Shown here in pieces: positions 10,591 through 19,909 of a DNA stretch of 26,610 bases; the stretch's first letter is position 1, and each line of letters begins with the position of its first letter. The translations under genes and the position numbers were made by a program. The DNA is from Kiritimatiellia bacterium (GTDB taxonomy: Bacteria > Verrucomicrobiota > Kiritimatiellia > JAAZAB01), in assembly GCA_040767085.1 (NCBI GenBank), contig JAXGPF010000023.1, forward strand, positions 1 to 26,610. The letters run 5' to 3'. The notes under the pieces are model-generated. The model ran no database searches. It had not been told where the DNA came from and saw only the letters and a list, made by a program, of their open reading frames with translations.

Positions 10591-12087
10591 ATGAAGACCA
10601 ACACCCTTATTTCCATGTGGTTGCTTGCGGGGGCCTCGATGTGTTTCGGAGCCACCAATTATGTCGTGCCGCCGGGCACGCCTGATGTGACGCCAACCCC
10701 GCCTTACACGAATGGCTGGGAGTACGCCGCCACCAACTTGATCGAAGCGGTGAATGCGGCGGGCGCCGGGAATACCGTGTTGGTGTCCACCGGATTGTAT
10801 CTTTTAACCAATTACGTGAACATAACCAAAACATTGCACCTCAAAAGCTGGAACCGGGCGCAGGGCCGCGTGGATCGCGCCGGCACCATCGTCAACGGCA
10901 ATTATCCCGCCACTACCAACCGCTGCTTCCGCCTGTATGGTTCTAGCGTGAAAATCGTTCTGGAGGGATTTACCATTACCAACGGTTTTGCTGCCGGCAC
11001 CAGCACTGATGGCTACGGCGGCGGAGTTCTGATGGGGGCGGTCGCCGGATCAATGATTACCAATTGCGTGATCTCCGGATGCGGGGCTGTCTATGGCGGC
11101 GGCGGCGTGACCTTCATGATATTCACTTGCGCTATTGGAAATTCCGAGGTTGTCGGCAATGTCGCCGGAAGTTACGGCGGCGGAATTTATTGCCACGATA
11201 ATCCCGGCGACCGGCTGATCGATGGAGTGCTGGTCAGCAATAATACGGCGTCACTGGAAGGCGGCGGTATCTACATTGGACACGCCCCTGTTGGGATCAT
11301 CACCAATTGCGTCATCGTGAACAACTCCGCCATGACACTGGGCGGTGGAGTTTACATCAGCCGCGTGGCGCGCATCAACAACAGCGTGATCTCGGAGAAT
11401 TCCGCCACCAACAGCGGTTATGGCGGCGGCTTGTATTTTTATTACGGGGGCGCGGAAGGCGCGGTGGCGGTGGAGAATTGTGATATTAGCCGGAACCGGA
11501 CTGACCGGCATGGCGGCGGGATATATCTGCGGAGCAATGCCACCAACGTGACCGTGCGCAACTGCCTGATTACGCAGAACACCAATGGATTATTGGGCGG
11601 GAATTACCATGGCGGCGGCGTGGTAATGTATAATCCCGCCAACCTGCTGGAAAACTGCACCATTGCCGGGAACCACGCGGTCGACGCCGAAAGTTACGCC
11701 GGGGGCGTATATCTGAGTTTTGCGGCCACCGCCCGGACCAACCTCCGGAACTGCATCGTTTACGATAATACCGCGTCGAATTATCCGGATGTATATGTGG
11801 TTACCACCGCCTTGGTTTACAATTGCTGCCTCAAGCCGGCCGGGGACATGGATGGCCTTGCCAGCGGTGAAAACAACCTTGCCGGCGCCCCGTTGTTTGC
11901 CGAATCCAGCGCCGGTAATTACCGTCTGCAGCGCTTATCGCCCTGTATCAATGCCGGGACGAACCAACCATGGATGGCGGATGGGTATGACCTCGATCAG
12001 CGGCCGCGGCTGGATCGGGTGTGCGGGATTGCGGATATTGGCTGTTACGAATATATCCCGTCCATCACTTTTTTTTCGTTGAAATAG
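10591..12087 (+). CDS. Secreted right-handed parallel beta-helix repeat protein with choice-of-anchor-Q-like C-terminus
   Basis: AGGAGG RBS, signal peptide, repeated GGG(I/V)Y and I(T/E)NC.I..N.A units, C-terminal PLF...NYRL...SPCINAG...DIGCYE. Confidence 0.88.
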   Translation: MKTNTLISMWLLAGASMCFGATNYVVPPGTPDVTPTPPYTNGWEYAATNLIEAVNAAGAGNTVLVSTGLYLLTNYVNITKTLHLKSWNRAQGRVDRAGTIVNGNYPATTNRCFRLYGSSVKIVLEGFTITNGFAAGTSTDGYGGGVLMGAVAGSMITNCVISGCGAVYGGGGVTFMIFTCAIGNSEVVGNVAGSYGGGIYCHDNPGDRLIDGVLVSNNTASLEGGGIYIGHAPVGIITNCVIVNNSAMTLGGGVYISRVARINNSVISENSATNSGYGGGLYFYYGGAEGAVAVENCDISRNRTDRHGGGIYLRSNATNVTVRNCLITQNTNGLLGGNYHGGGVVMYNPANLLENCTIAGNHAVDAESYAGGVYLSFAATARTNLRNCIVYDNTASNYPDVYVVTTALVYNCCLKPAGDMDGLASGENNLAGAPLFAESSAGNYRLQRLSPCINAGTNQPWMADGYDLDQRPRLDRVCGIADIGCYEYIPSITFFSLK

Positions 12088-12116
12088 CCCGCCCGCCATA
12101 GCCGCCGGTTAAACAT

Positions 12117-14342
12117 ATGCAGGACTTGGAAGACAACGTGCGGGATGGCGATTTTTTTCTGCGGCATTTCCCGCGCTGGCTGCAATGGGCCGAGCCGCAT
12201 TGGCATGAGACGGACGCTGGAAGCGGTTTTTTCGGCGCGGGCACGGGCGTAGTCCTGGACCACAGCGCCACGGCCGGTTACCTGGCGGCCTGTGCGACGC
12301 TGGCCGCCGGGCCGGAATCCCTGCGCGCGCGATGCCACATCCCGCCGGCGGAAATGACGCGGCGCGCTTCCTGCGCGCTCCGCTTCATCCTGGCGGGCCA
12401 TGTCAGCCAGCTCCGGGGAACGGCCGGCGGGAATTCCTGGGGGCGGCACTGGGGCAGCCCGATCGTGCTGGAGCGCATGGCCAACGCGGTGGATTGCCTG
12501 GAGCCCTGGCTGCCGGATGCGGATCGCGCCGCCTGGCGCGCCGTCCTGGAGGATGAGGCGGATTTCCTGCTGACCGCGCCCGTCGAGGCCAACCGCTTCG
12601 GGTTGCGCGGGGAAACCCACGGTGAACGCAATTACTGGCGCGGCAGCCTGCTGTTCCGCGCCGCGCGGCTGTATCCTGGCCATCCCCGCGCCGGGGCCTG
12701 GCTGGAACGCAGCAGCCTGTATTGCCTGAACGCGCTGTCCATGCCGGAAGACGCCGTTTCCGACGCGCTGGTGGATGGCCGGCCGCTGCGGGACTGGCAC
12801 CGGGGCGCCAACATGCATCCCGGCGCCCTGTTTGACCATCATGGCGTTCTCAGCCTGGATTACGGCATTATCGCCGAGTCGTTCTTCGTCATGGCCATGA
12901 TCGGCGTCCTCCGCCATGGCTGGACGCCGACCGAGGCGTTGTTCCATCACATGGGCGACTTGTGGCGGTTCGTCCGCAAGTGTATTTTGCCGGAAGGCCG
13001 TATCGTATGTTTCGGCAAGCAGCGCCCGCGCTACACCATCATGTATCATTACGCCCTGGCCGGCCTGGTTTTCTGGGCGCGGCATGGCGGCGATCCGGGC
13101 GCGTGGGAACTGGCGCGCGCGCTGGAGCGCGTGGCGGAGATTGATCGCGCGGCATCCGGCGACGGCAGTTTCCACGGCGCGCGCGGCGAAGGCCTGCGGT
13201 TGCTGCGCGCCGACTCGCGGCCGTATTATTATTTCCGGCTGGAAGCGGACGCCATCCTTGCCCGGAGTTATGCCTGGCTGCTGCTGACCGCGCCGGCCGC
13301 CTTGCCGGCCGGCGGGCCAACCGGCGGCCGGCCGCCCCGCGCTGATGAATTGACCGATCCGGTGGTGTCGCAAGATGCCGGCCTGGTGATGCGCCGCCAT
13401 CCCCGGGCGCTGTACGCCGTATACTGGAATCGGTCCGAAAAGGCCGAAGCCGATCCGGCGCTGGCGCTGGTCGTGCCCGCCGGGCATGGGCATCGCGCGG
13501 ACTGGCTGAGCAACCTGGCGACGATTTACAAGCCGCTGCGCGCGCGGCACTTTCCGCGCGGCTGGCGGGCGGAGTTATGCGGCGGCGGATTTATCACCGC
13601 CGGGCAGATTGACGAAGGGCTGCCAATGCCCAGCGACGATGGCACCGCCATGCTGATAGATCAGCGCCTGGTCTTCGTCATGTTGCCGGATGGCCGCGCA
13701 ATGCTGCGCATTGAAGTTGCCCGGGCGCGCCAGCCGGTGCGGCTGCTGGAAATCGCCGGGTTGAATCTCAACCTGGCCAATGACATCTTTACCGGCAATC
13801 AATTCGATCTGGTTTCCAACGCCGGCGCGCGCCGGGTGCCGGGCTGCGGCGGCGCGGAAGGCGAAATGGAGATTCACAGCCCCTGGGTCTGCCTGCCGGG
13901 CGAACTGGGCGTGGTGGCGGCCGGTGGCGAACCGAAGCCGTTCGTGCTGGCAACCACCGCCCGGCGCCGCCGCGCCTACGAGACGCTCCTGGTGGAGCGG
14001 CTGTACTGGCCGCTCCACCGGATTCCGCGCCTGTACGCGGAGGGCGAATTGATCCAGGATACGGCGGTGTGGTTGATTCCCGGCGCAACGGCCGATGAAA
14101 CACGGGCCTTCCATGCCGGGATGCGCTGGCAATCGCATGCTGCGGGGGCGGACCTGCTGCTGAAAACGTTTGACTGCTTCGGGCAACCCGCGGGCTTGCT
14201 GGTTAACTTGTCCGCAACGGAACGGACGGTGGGCGGCGATCAACTGGCGCCCCTGGCCGGGCTGGCGCCGGTTAATGGCGCAACGCCGGCCGCCGGGATC
14301 AAGCTGCTGCCCTGGCAGGGCTTATGGTTCAGCCGCAAGTAA
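12117..14342 (+). CDS. Hypothetical protein, possibly a helical-toroid plus beta-sandwich (polysaccharide-lyase/heparinase-like) fold
   Basis: 741-aa ORF with host-like codon bias in operon position. Helical Trp/His-rich N half (HGERNYW, ANMHPGALFDHHG) and beta-rich C half. No signal peptide. The fold is an inference. Confidence 0.6.
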   Translation: MQDLEDNVRDGDFFLRHFPRWLQWAEPHWHETDAGSGFFGAGTGVVLDHSATAGYLAACATLAAGPESLRARCHIPPAEMTRRASCALRFILAGHVSQLRGTAGGNSWGRHWGSPIVLERMANAVDCLEPWLPDADRAAWRAVLEDEADFLLTAPVEANRFGLRGETHGERNYWRGSLLFRAARLYPGHPRAGAWLERSSLYCLNALSMPEDAVSDALVDGRPLRDWHRGANMHPGALFDHHGVLSLDYGIIAESFFVMAMIGVLRHGWTPTEALFHHMGDLWRFVRKCILPEGRIVCFGKQRPRYTIMYHYALAGLVFWARHGGDPGAWELARALERVAEIDRAASGDGSFHGARGEGLRLLRADSRPYYYFRLEADAILARSYAWLLLTAPAALPAGGPTGGRPPRADELTDPVVSQDAGLVMRRHPRALYAVYWNRSEKAEADPALALVVPAGHGHRADWLSNLATIYKPLRARHFPRGWRAELCGGGFITAGQIDEGLPMPSDDGTAMLIDQRLVFVMLPDGRAMLRIEVARARQPVRLLEIAGLNLNLANDIFTGNQFDLVSNAGARRVPGCGGAEGEMEIHSPWVCLPGELGVVAAGGEPKPFVLATTARRRRAYETLLVERLYWPLHRIPRLYAEGELIQDTAVWLIPGATADETRAFHAGMRWQSHAAGADLLLKTFDCFGQPAGLLVNLSATERTVGGDQLAPLAGLAPVNGATPAAGIKLLPWQGLWFSRK

Positions 14343-14348
14343 GCAGCC

Positions 14349-15971
14349 TCAGGGACGGCGCCGGGCCGGCGGCGGGGCGGATTCCGCCAGGGTGCGCAGG
14401 AACCTGGCGGATAGTTCCAGCGACCGGAAAAGATGCTTGTTGCTGTGCCGGCCGGGAGCGCCGAAATAACAATAACGGTCAATATCGATTTGGGCAGGCT
14501 TTTGCGAGGCGGGCGGAGCGCGCAGCTTGCGGCAGGGATGCCCGGGGTCGAAAATAGCATCCCAGGCGGACCAGGCGGCGTCGGCCAGGGCGCGCGCCCG
14601 GGTTGCCAGCCGGCGCAACGCGGCGCGGCCGGGCTTGGCCGAATTAAATACCAGGGCGCGGTCGCCGATATGGGCCAGGATGTCCGCCGCCAGAATATAA
14701 GCGTCGTAGATATCGCGGTTTTGCCGCGCTTGCCGGCGATTCCGGCGCAATCCGCCGGCAATGGCGCGCGCCTTGCGCCCCATTTGAATTGCGGCGCGGC
14801 GTTCCTGGCCGGTTACGGCTTGGATATCGGCCGGGGAGGCGCATTCGATCAGGTTGTGCAAATCGCGGAAGCGCGGCGCGCAAAGGTGTAAATCCCTTAA
14901 AAGATTTCCCGCCGGTGACATGGCCGGCGCGCCGAAAAATGTTTTGGCGAAAATTTGCGGGAACCCGCGTGTGCCGTTCGCTTGCTTGAACTGATCGGCG
15001 CCGTATGCCATGCCATAAATGAGCGCGCCAGGCAGGGTGTAGCTGTGCTGCCAGACCGAGTTGACGAGGCCGCGCACGTAAGGGCTGGCGCGATGCGCGT
15101 GGATGACGGCGGCGAACCGGCGGATGTTATCCAGGTTGCGCTGGTTCGGCAGAATGGTGGTGTTGGGCGAGCAGGCCAGGGATGGCACCCCGATAATCCC
15201 GCGCCGGGCCTGGATGAAAAATTTAACCGCCGCATCGTCGGTGTATACCTGGTCCCCTTCGTCATACTGCCAGGCGCAGCCGATGGACGATGCCGGTGCG
15301 CCGGCGGAGATATGGGCGTCGCGTTCCGGACGCAGGCGGTTGAGCGCCCAGTACATGACGGTTTTGCCGCGGCGTTCCGCCAGGTCCGACAGCCATTGCA
15401 GGCGCTGCACGATGAAAAACGGTTCCGTCCGCCCGGGGAATTTCTTCCGGCAATGCCGGCAGGTTTTTTTCGGCAGTTCGCCGGTTTCGTCCAGCCCGAT
15501 ATGAATCCAGGGCGCGGGGAAAAGATCCATGACTTCGTTCAGGATATCGGCAACTATCTTCTGGCTTTCCGGCCGGGCGGGGCAAAGCACCTTGCGTCCC
15601 GATTCGTTCAAGCCGTCGCACAGGCGCCGGTAAGGGTTGCGATTAAAAATGTAGCCGGCATGCCCGAGCGTGGCGATAATCGGCGCCAGTGCCAGGCCAT
15701 GGCCGGCGGCCAAACGGTCCAGCCGCCGGATTTGGGCGTGGGTCAGCGCGCCACGGCTGGATAATTCAGGACGGCATTTCAGACGGAGGGCGCAGCCGGT
15801 ATCGTCCGCCAGGTTGAGCAGCAGGGTGTTGTAGCCCCACTTGGCCAGCCAGGGGATGAACCGTTCGTACCATTGGAATTGCAGGGGAATGCGCGCGGGA
15901 TCAAGCATGACGCCATTGATGAAATCCCGGTTGTTTTTGTCGGCAAGGGTGTTTTTCTTAACGGTTTTCAT
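14349..15971 (-). CDS. Family 20 glycoside hydrolase-like protein (beta-N-acetylhexosaminidase type)
   Basis: GVMLDPAR, GYNTLLLNLADD, PIIATLGHA, VLCP, and the catalytic-type WIHIGLDE (H-x-G-x-D-E) motif. No signal peptide. Confidence 0.87.
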   Translation of the reverse strand: MKTVKKNTLADKNNRDFINGVMLDPARIPLQFQWYERFIPWLAKWGYNTLLLNLADDTGCALRLKCRPELSSRGALTHAQIRRLDRLAAGHGLALAPIIATLGHAGYIFNRNPYRRLCDGLNESGRKVLCPARPESQKIVADILNEVMDLFPAPWIHIGLDETGELPKKTCRHCRKKFPGRTEPFFIVQRLQWLSDLAERRGKTVMYWALNRLRPERDAHISAGAPASSIGCAWQYDEGDQVYTDDAAVKFFIQARRGIIGVPSLACSPNTTILPNQRNLDNIRRFAAVIHAHRASPYVRGLVNSVWQHSYTLPGALIYGMAYGADQFKQANGTRGFPQIFAKTFFGAPAMSPAGNLLRDLHLCAPRFRDLHNLIECASPADIQAVTGQERRAAIQMGRKARAIAGGLRRNRRQARQNRDIYDAYILAADILAHIGDRALVFNSAKPGRAALRRLATRARALADAAWSAWDAIFDPGHPCRKLRAPPASQKPAQIDIDRYCYFGAPGRHSNKHLFRSLELSARFLRTLAESAPPPARRRP

Positions 15972-16139
15972 AAAATTTCAATGCCTTTAATTCAAAGGAT
16001 TTAATCGTTAAATGAACTATTACATTTAAATAGAGCAATATTTATATTTGTCAATAAAAATAATTAATATTGACATCGTGGTAAATGTATTATAAATGTT
16101 TAGCAATAAATTTACGACAACGGCAGCGGTGGGCGGATT
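15972..16139. promoter_or_regulatory. AT-rich divergent promoter region
   Basis: Back-to-back TTGACA boxes (minus 16049-16054, plus 16070-16075) and palindrome TTAAATG-N8-CATTTAA (16008-16029). The -10 boxes are not unambiguous. Confidence 0.6.
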
Positions 16140-17189
16140 ATGTTTGAGATGGCCATAGACAGGGATTGTGTTGAGCCGGCGTATCGCCAGGTGAAACGGA
16201 AGATTTTGGAAAAAATAGATTCCGGACATCTGGCGCCTGGCGCGCGCGTGCCTTCCGTCCGGGCGCTCAGCCGGATGAGCGGTGTTTCCTGCGGCACGGT
16301 TGCCAAGGCGATTGCGGAATTGACGCGCGAGTCGCATCTCAAGGGGCGGGGCCGCAAAGGGCTGGTGGTGGCGTACCGGGACAGCCTGTCCATCGGCATC
16401 ACCGGCGCTTTCAAGGAGCGGACGTTTTTTAACGACCGTTATTATCAGCAAATCATGGCCGGGATTGAAACGGTCCTGCATCCGCGCCATTACGCCATGA
16501 CATTCCGGACCATGGGCGATCCGTTGGATCGCACATTTGACGGATTCCGGATGGACGGCGTGCTGACCCTGGGGGTTGGCATTGTCGAGTCCCGGTGGGC
16601 GGAACTGCTCCGGTGGCAAGGCAAGCTGCCGGTGATGGTGATTGGCGCGTGGACCATGCCGGATAACCGGCTGAGTTATGTCGTGTCCGATAGCGTGGCT
16701 GATGCACGGCGCGCCGTGGAATGTCTGCTGCGTGCCGGTCGCCGCCGGGTTGCCGGGATTTTTCACGCGCACCAGTCCGCGCGTCTGGAAGGATATCGCC
16801 AGGCGCTGGCGCGCGCGGGAATTGACCTGGACAACCGGCTGGTTGTGCTGCGGGACGGCGCCGCATCTTTGGATGCTGAATTGGAGCGGCTGGCGGGATT
16901 GCGGCCTGATGCGGTCTTTGATTCGGTGGGCAGCATCTGGCCGTCCTTATCGGCCAAGCTGCCGGAAAAATCTCCGGCGCTGGCCGTGGCGACTTACCGG
17001 GATGATCCCCGGGAGTGGGAGGGGTTGGATGTGCCGCATGTGATTGTCCGGCAGCCGTTGCGTGAAATGGGCCGTGCCGCGACGGAGCGCCTGCTGGGCA
17101 TGATTGAACGCCGGGAGCAGCGGGTGACCCAGGCGGTATTGCAGTCGGAGATCATTGATTGCCTGGATACGGCGCCGCGTCTTGAATAA
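16140..17189 (+). CDS. GntR-family HTH fused to LacI-type sugar-binding domain (AraR-like architecture)
   Basis: PAYRQVKRKILEKIDSGHLAPGARVPSVRALSRMSGVSCGTVAKAIAEL winged HTH; C-terminal RLEGYRQAL...VRQPLREMGRAATERLL. Confidence 0.92.
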   Translation: MFEMAIDRDCVEPAYRQVKRKILEKIDSGHLAPGARVPSVRALSRMSGVSCGTVAKAIAELTRESHLKGRGRKGLVVAYRDSLSIGITGAFKERTFFNDRYYQQIMAGIETVLHPRHYAMTFRTMGDPLDRTFDGFRMDGVLTLGVGIVESRWAELLRWQGKLPVMVIGAWTMPDNRLSYVVSDSVADARRAVECLLRAGRRRVAGIFHAHQSARLEGYRQALARAGIDLDNRLVVLRDGAASLDAELERLAGLRPDAVFDSVGSIWPSLSAKLPEKSPALAVATYRDDPREWEGLDVPHVIVRQPLREMGRAATERLLGMIERREQRVTQAVLQSEIIDCLDTAPRLE

Positions 17190-17234
17190 TCGAGCCAATT
17201 TCTATGAGCATGACACACAAACAAAGGTGTTTCC

Positions 17235-18503
17235 TCACCAGAATTTGTGGGTGATTACCGGTTCGGGCAATTGCCCAAGGGTATGATATAGCGCCATTTC
17301 CGCGCCATGAAAAGTTCTGAAGCCATAAGATCGTTTGGTAACCACTCGAGCTTTATTGTTCAAGCCCTCGGTTGCGCCAGTAAAAACCTCGTTTCTGGCT
17401 CTGATCCAGTTCAAAAGCAGCTCCTCGTGTTTAGCAATGGTTTTAGCCGCCTTAATGATTGGCGCAATGCGGCTACGACAGGCGCGCTTGACCCATGCCT
17501 GGAGATAATTACGCGCCCAGGTTGGGCTGTGATAGCTCCAAAAATGCTGAAAGCTTTCCTTGAACAAATAGGCGCGGCCGGTTTGCAGTCTTGTGCCCAA
17601 TATCCGATCAAGCATTTCGCGAGCTTTGCCGCGCACGCGGGTTTTGCGGCGCAGCAAGGTCCAGCGCATTTTCTTGAGTTTTTGCTTGGCCGCCGGACGC
17701 GCTGTCATCGCCGCCATATCCCGGCGCCGGACCTCGTCCACGGCGGCATTCAAGGTTTGCACGACATGGAAGCGGTCAATCATGTGGCAACCGTGGCTGA
17801 GGCTCGCAGCAATGACTTTCAGATAAGGTCGCCACATATCGCTACATATATGTCGAATGCCGGCCAGCACGGGTTTTCCCAAAGATTGCAACCCTTTACG
17901 CAGCGCGGCCGCCCGGCGGGTTTGGCCGACCCAGAGCAATCGGCGGCATTGCGCATCAATCTGATAGATCAAGGTCAGATAGTTCTTGCTCTTTTTACCG
18001 TTGCCTACGTGGAGTTCATCAACACCAATCGCCGTTATATTGGCCAATTCCCGGTGCGCCAAGCCCCATTCCACCATCCACTCGACCGACCGATAAACCG
18101 CCTGCCAACTGACTTTGAAAATCAGCGCCGTCTCTTTCCAGGACAACCTCCGCGCCCAGTTCCCCAAAAAAAGCATCAGCGCCTTGCTGTAGGGTCGTTT
18201 GCCATCGCTCCAAGGCAGCGCTTCCACCACCACGCCATGTTCGGGGCAATTTACCCGGCGCGGACTATAATGCAAAAAAGCCGGCACATTCAAAATGGGC
18301 ACAAACGCCCATATCCGTTCAGGCAGAGTGTCGTATGTCGCCAGCGGTCGCCCGCAACGCGAGCAGCATGCCGCGCGTTGGCGATGCGGACGAATGCTTA
18401 TATCCACTTTCCATTGGCCGCGACGATCCAAAACCATACAAGTTTCCTGATAAATAAAACGTTTCAAAGGTTGCAAACGATTCAAAATTGTTTTAAGTTT
18501 CAC
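17235..18503 (-). CDS. ISL3-family transposase
   Basis: Zn finger CSRCG...RRVNCPEHG, AIGVDE, ICSDMW..Y, IDRFHVVQ, GATEGLNNKA...KRSYGFR. The stop codon lies in the terminal IR. AGGAGG RBS at 18515-18520. Confidence 0.97.
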   Translation of the reverse strand: MKLKTILNRLQPLKRFIYQETCMVLDRRGQWKVDISIRPHRQRAACCSRCGRPLATYDTLPERIWAFVPILNVPAFLHYSPRRVNCPEHGVVVEALPWSDGKRPYSKALMLFLGNWARRLSWKETALIFKVSWQAVYRSVEWMVEWGLAHRELANITAIGVDELHVGNGKKSKNYLTLIYQIDAQCRRLLWVGQTRRAAALRKGLQSLGKPVLAGIRHICSDMWRPYLKVIAASLSHGCHMIDRFHVVQTLNAAVDEVRRRDMAAMTARPAAKQKLKKMRWTLLRRKTRVRGKAREMLDRILGTRLQTGRAYLFKESFQHFWSYHSPTWARNYLQAWVKRACRSRIAPIIKAAKTIAKHEELLLNWIRARNEVFTGATEGLNNKARVVTKRSYGFRTFHGAEMALYHTLGQLPEPVITHKFW

Positions 18504-18507
18504 CTTG

Positions 18508-18579
18508 GGCTGGTCCTCCTTTTTTTGTGTTCACCCATTGCATACGCAATGGATTACGGAAAGGCCAGCCTATTTTTTT
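18508..18579. promoter_or_regulatory. Hairpin covering the transposase RBS; possible + strand intrinsic terminator
   Basis: Minus strand GGCTGGCCTTTCC can pair with GGAGGACCAGCC. Inner stem CCATTGC/GCAATGG. On the + strand the stem is followed by TATTTTTTT. Confidence 0.55.
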
Positions 18580-19909
18580 GCCGCCGCTTTATCTCCGTTC
18601 CGCCATCGCGCCAATCAGGAGTTATTAATCAGGCTGCTGCGGGGCCGCCAAACGCCCAAAGCGGCAGGCTGTTAATAACTCCACCATCTTTTGGCGCCAT
18701 TGCTTGGAGAACTTCTTAAACTTTAAAACCTGTTTTTTACCCACAAATTCTGGTTAGGAGCCACAAAGGTATGAAACGGCCTGGTCGTTCCGCGAGCCCG
18801 ATCGCGTGCCGATCGAGGTGATGATTTCCCCGCATGCCCGCCGCCACCCGGCGGGGGCCCGCCTGATGGAGTTGATCGGCGAGACGGCCGACAACTTAAC
18901 TTCGGCGCCCGGCCTGCAGTACGGTTTTTTCGGATTCCCCATCCAACGCCAGGAGGAGACGGTCCTTGAAGACCTGCCCGGCCGGCACCAGCGCCGGCGG
19001 CGCGTGGTGGAAACGCCGGCCGGCACGTTTACCGCGGTTACCCTGCACCCCTGCGGCGAACTTGATTACCACTGGGAAAAGCGCTTCGTGACCACCGTCG
19101 AGGAGTTGCGGCGGCTGGCGGAAACGCCCCGGTCGCCGCTGGCCTGGGACAAGGCCAAGTGGCTGGAAAGCATGCGGGCTAACGGCGATCGTTACCTGCC
19201 TGTCATCGCGCTGGCGCATCCGCTGGGCAACCTGGTGCGCCGGTCCGCCATGGAATCCGTGTATGCGTGGTTTTACGAAGAACGGGAAACCATGCACCGG
19301 TTCCTGGCGGCGGCGAACGACCAGCTCGCCGCCGGGCTGGAGGCGATGATGGCGGACGGCATCGGGCCGTATTTCGGCACCGGCGCCCACGAGATGCTGC
19401 TGCCGCCATGGATGGGGCATGCCCTGTTCGATGAATTCGTTTTCCCCTATGACAAGCGGGTGAATGACGCGATTCACCGCCACGGCGGCAAGCTGCGCGC
19501 GCATTGCCACGGCAACTGCATGGATTTTCTCGAGCAGATGGCCGACATGGGGATTGACGCCATCGAGCCCCTGGAACAGCCGCCCGCCGGCGATGTGGAC
19601 CTGGCGGAAGCCAAGCGCCGGGTGGGACGGCGCATGATGTTGTGCGGCAACGTCGCCTCCGAACATTTCATCACCATGACCCCGGCGGACGTCCGCCGGG
19701 CGGTCAAGGCCGCCATTCAGGCCGGCGCGCCTGGCGGCGGGTTTGCGTTGCGGACCAGCGGCGGGCACGCCGGCACCTGCATGCAGGTGCCGGATGATGT
19801 GATGGCCGGAATCCTGGCCAATGTCGAGGCGTATATTCAGGCCGGGCTGGAGTATGGAACGTATCCGATACAAACATGCTGAAATTCATCCGTGCATAGA
19901 GGAGGAGCA

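Larger units (their letters stand above)
17229..18762 (-). mobile_element. ISL3-family insertion sequence, 1534 bp
   Basis: Terminal IRs GTTTCCTCACCAGAATTTGTGGGT and GGCTCCTAACCAGAATTTGTGGGT (21/24 identical). 8-bp TSD ACAAAGGT at 17221-17228 and 18763-18770. Lower GC than the flanks. Confidence 0.96.
17204..19882 (+). pseudogene. Uroporphyrinogen-decarboxylase/MtaA-CmuA methyltransferase superfamily gene interrupted by ISL3 (segments 17204-17228 and 18771-19882)
   Basis: Removing the IS and one TSD copy restores MSMTHKQRYETAWSFREPDRVPIE (typical MT..ER...EPDRVP start) in frame with ORF 18806-19882. That ORF contains FDEFVFPYDK, AHCHGN, DLAEAKRRVG..MLCGNV and GAPGGGF. Confidence 0.9.

Noticed and set aside
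17307-18719. 470-aa + strand ORF antisense to the ISL3 transposase
   Set aside because: It is in exact codon register with the transposase, so it stays open simply because TTA/CTA/TCA codons are avoided. No RBS or recognisable motif; treated as a shadow ORF.
18806-19882. Assigning hemE
   Set aside because: Lacks the HemE RQAGR motif and haem-pathway context; only superfamily-level similarity.
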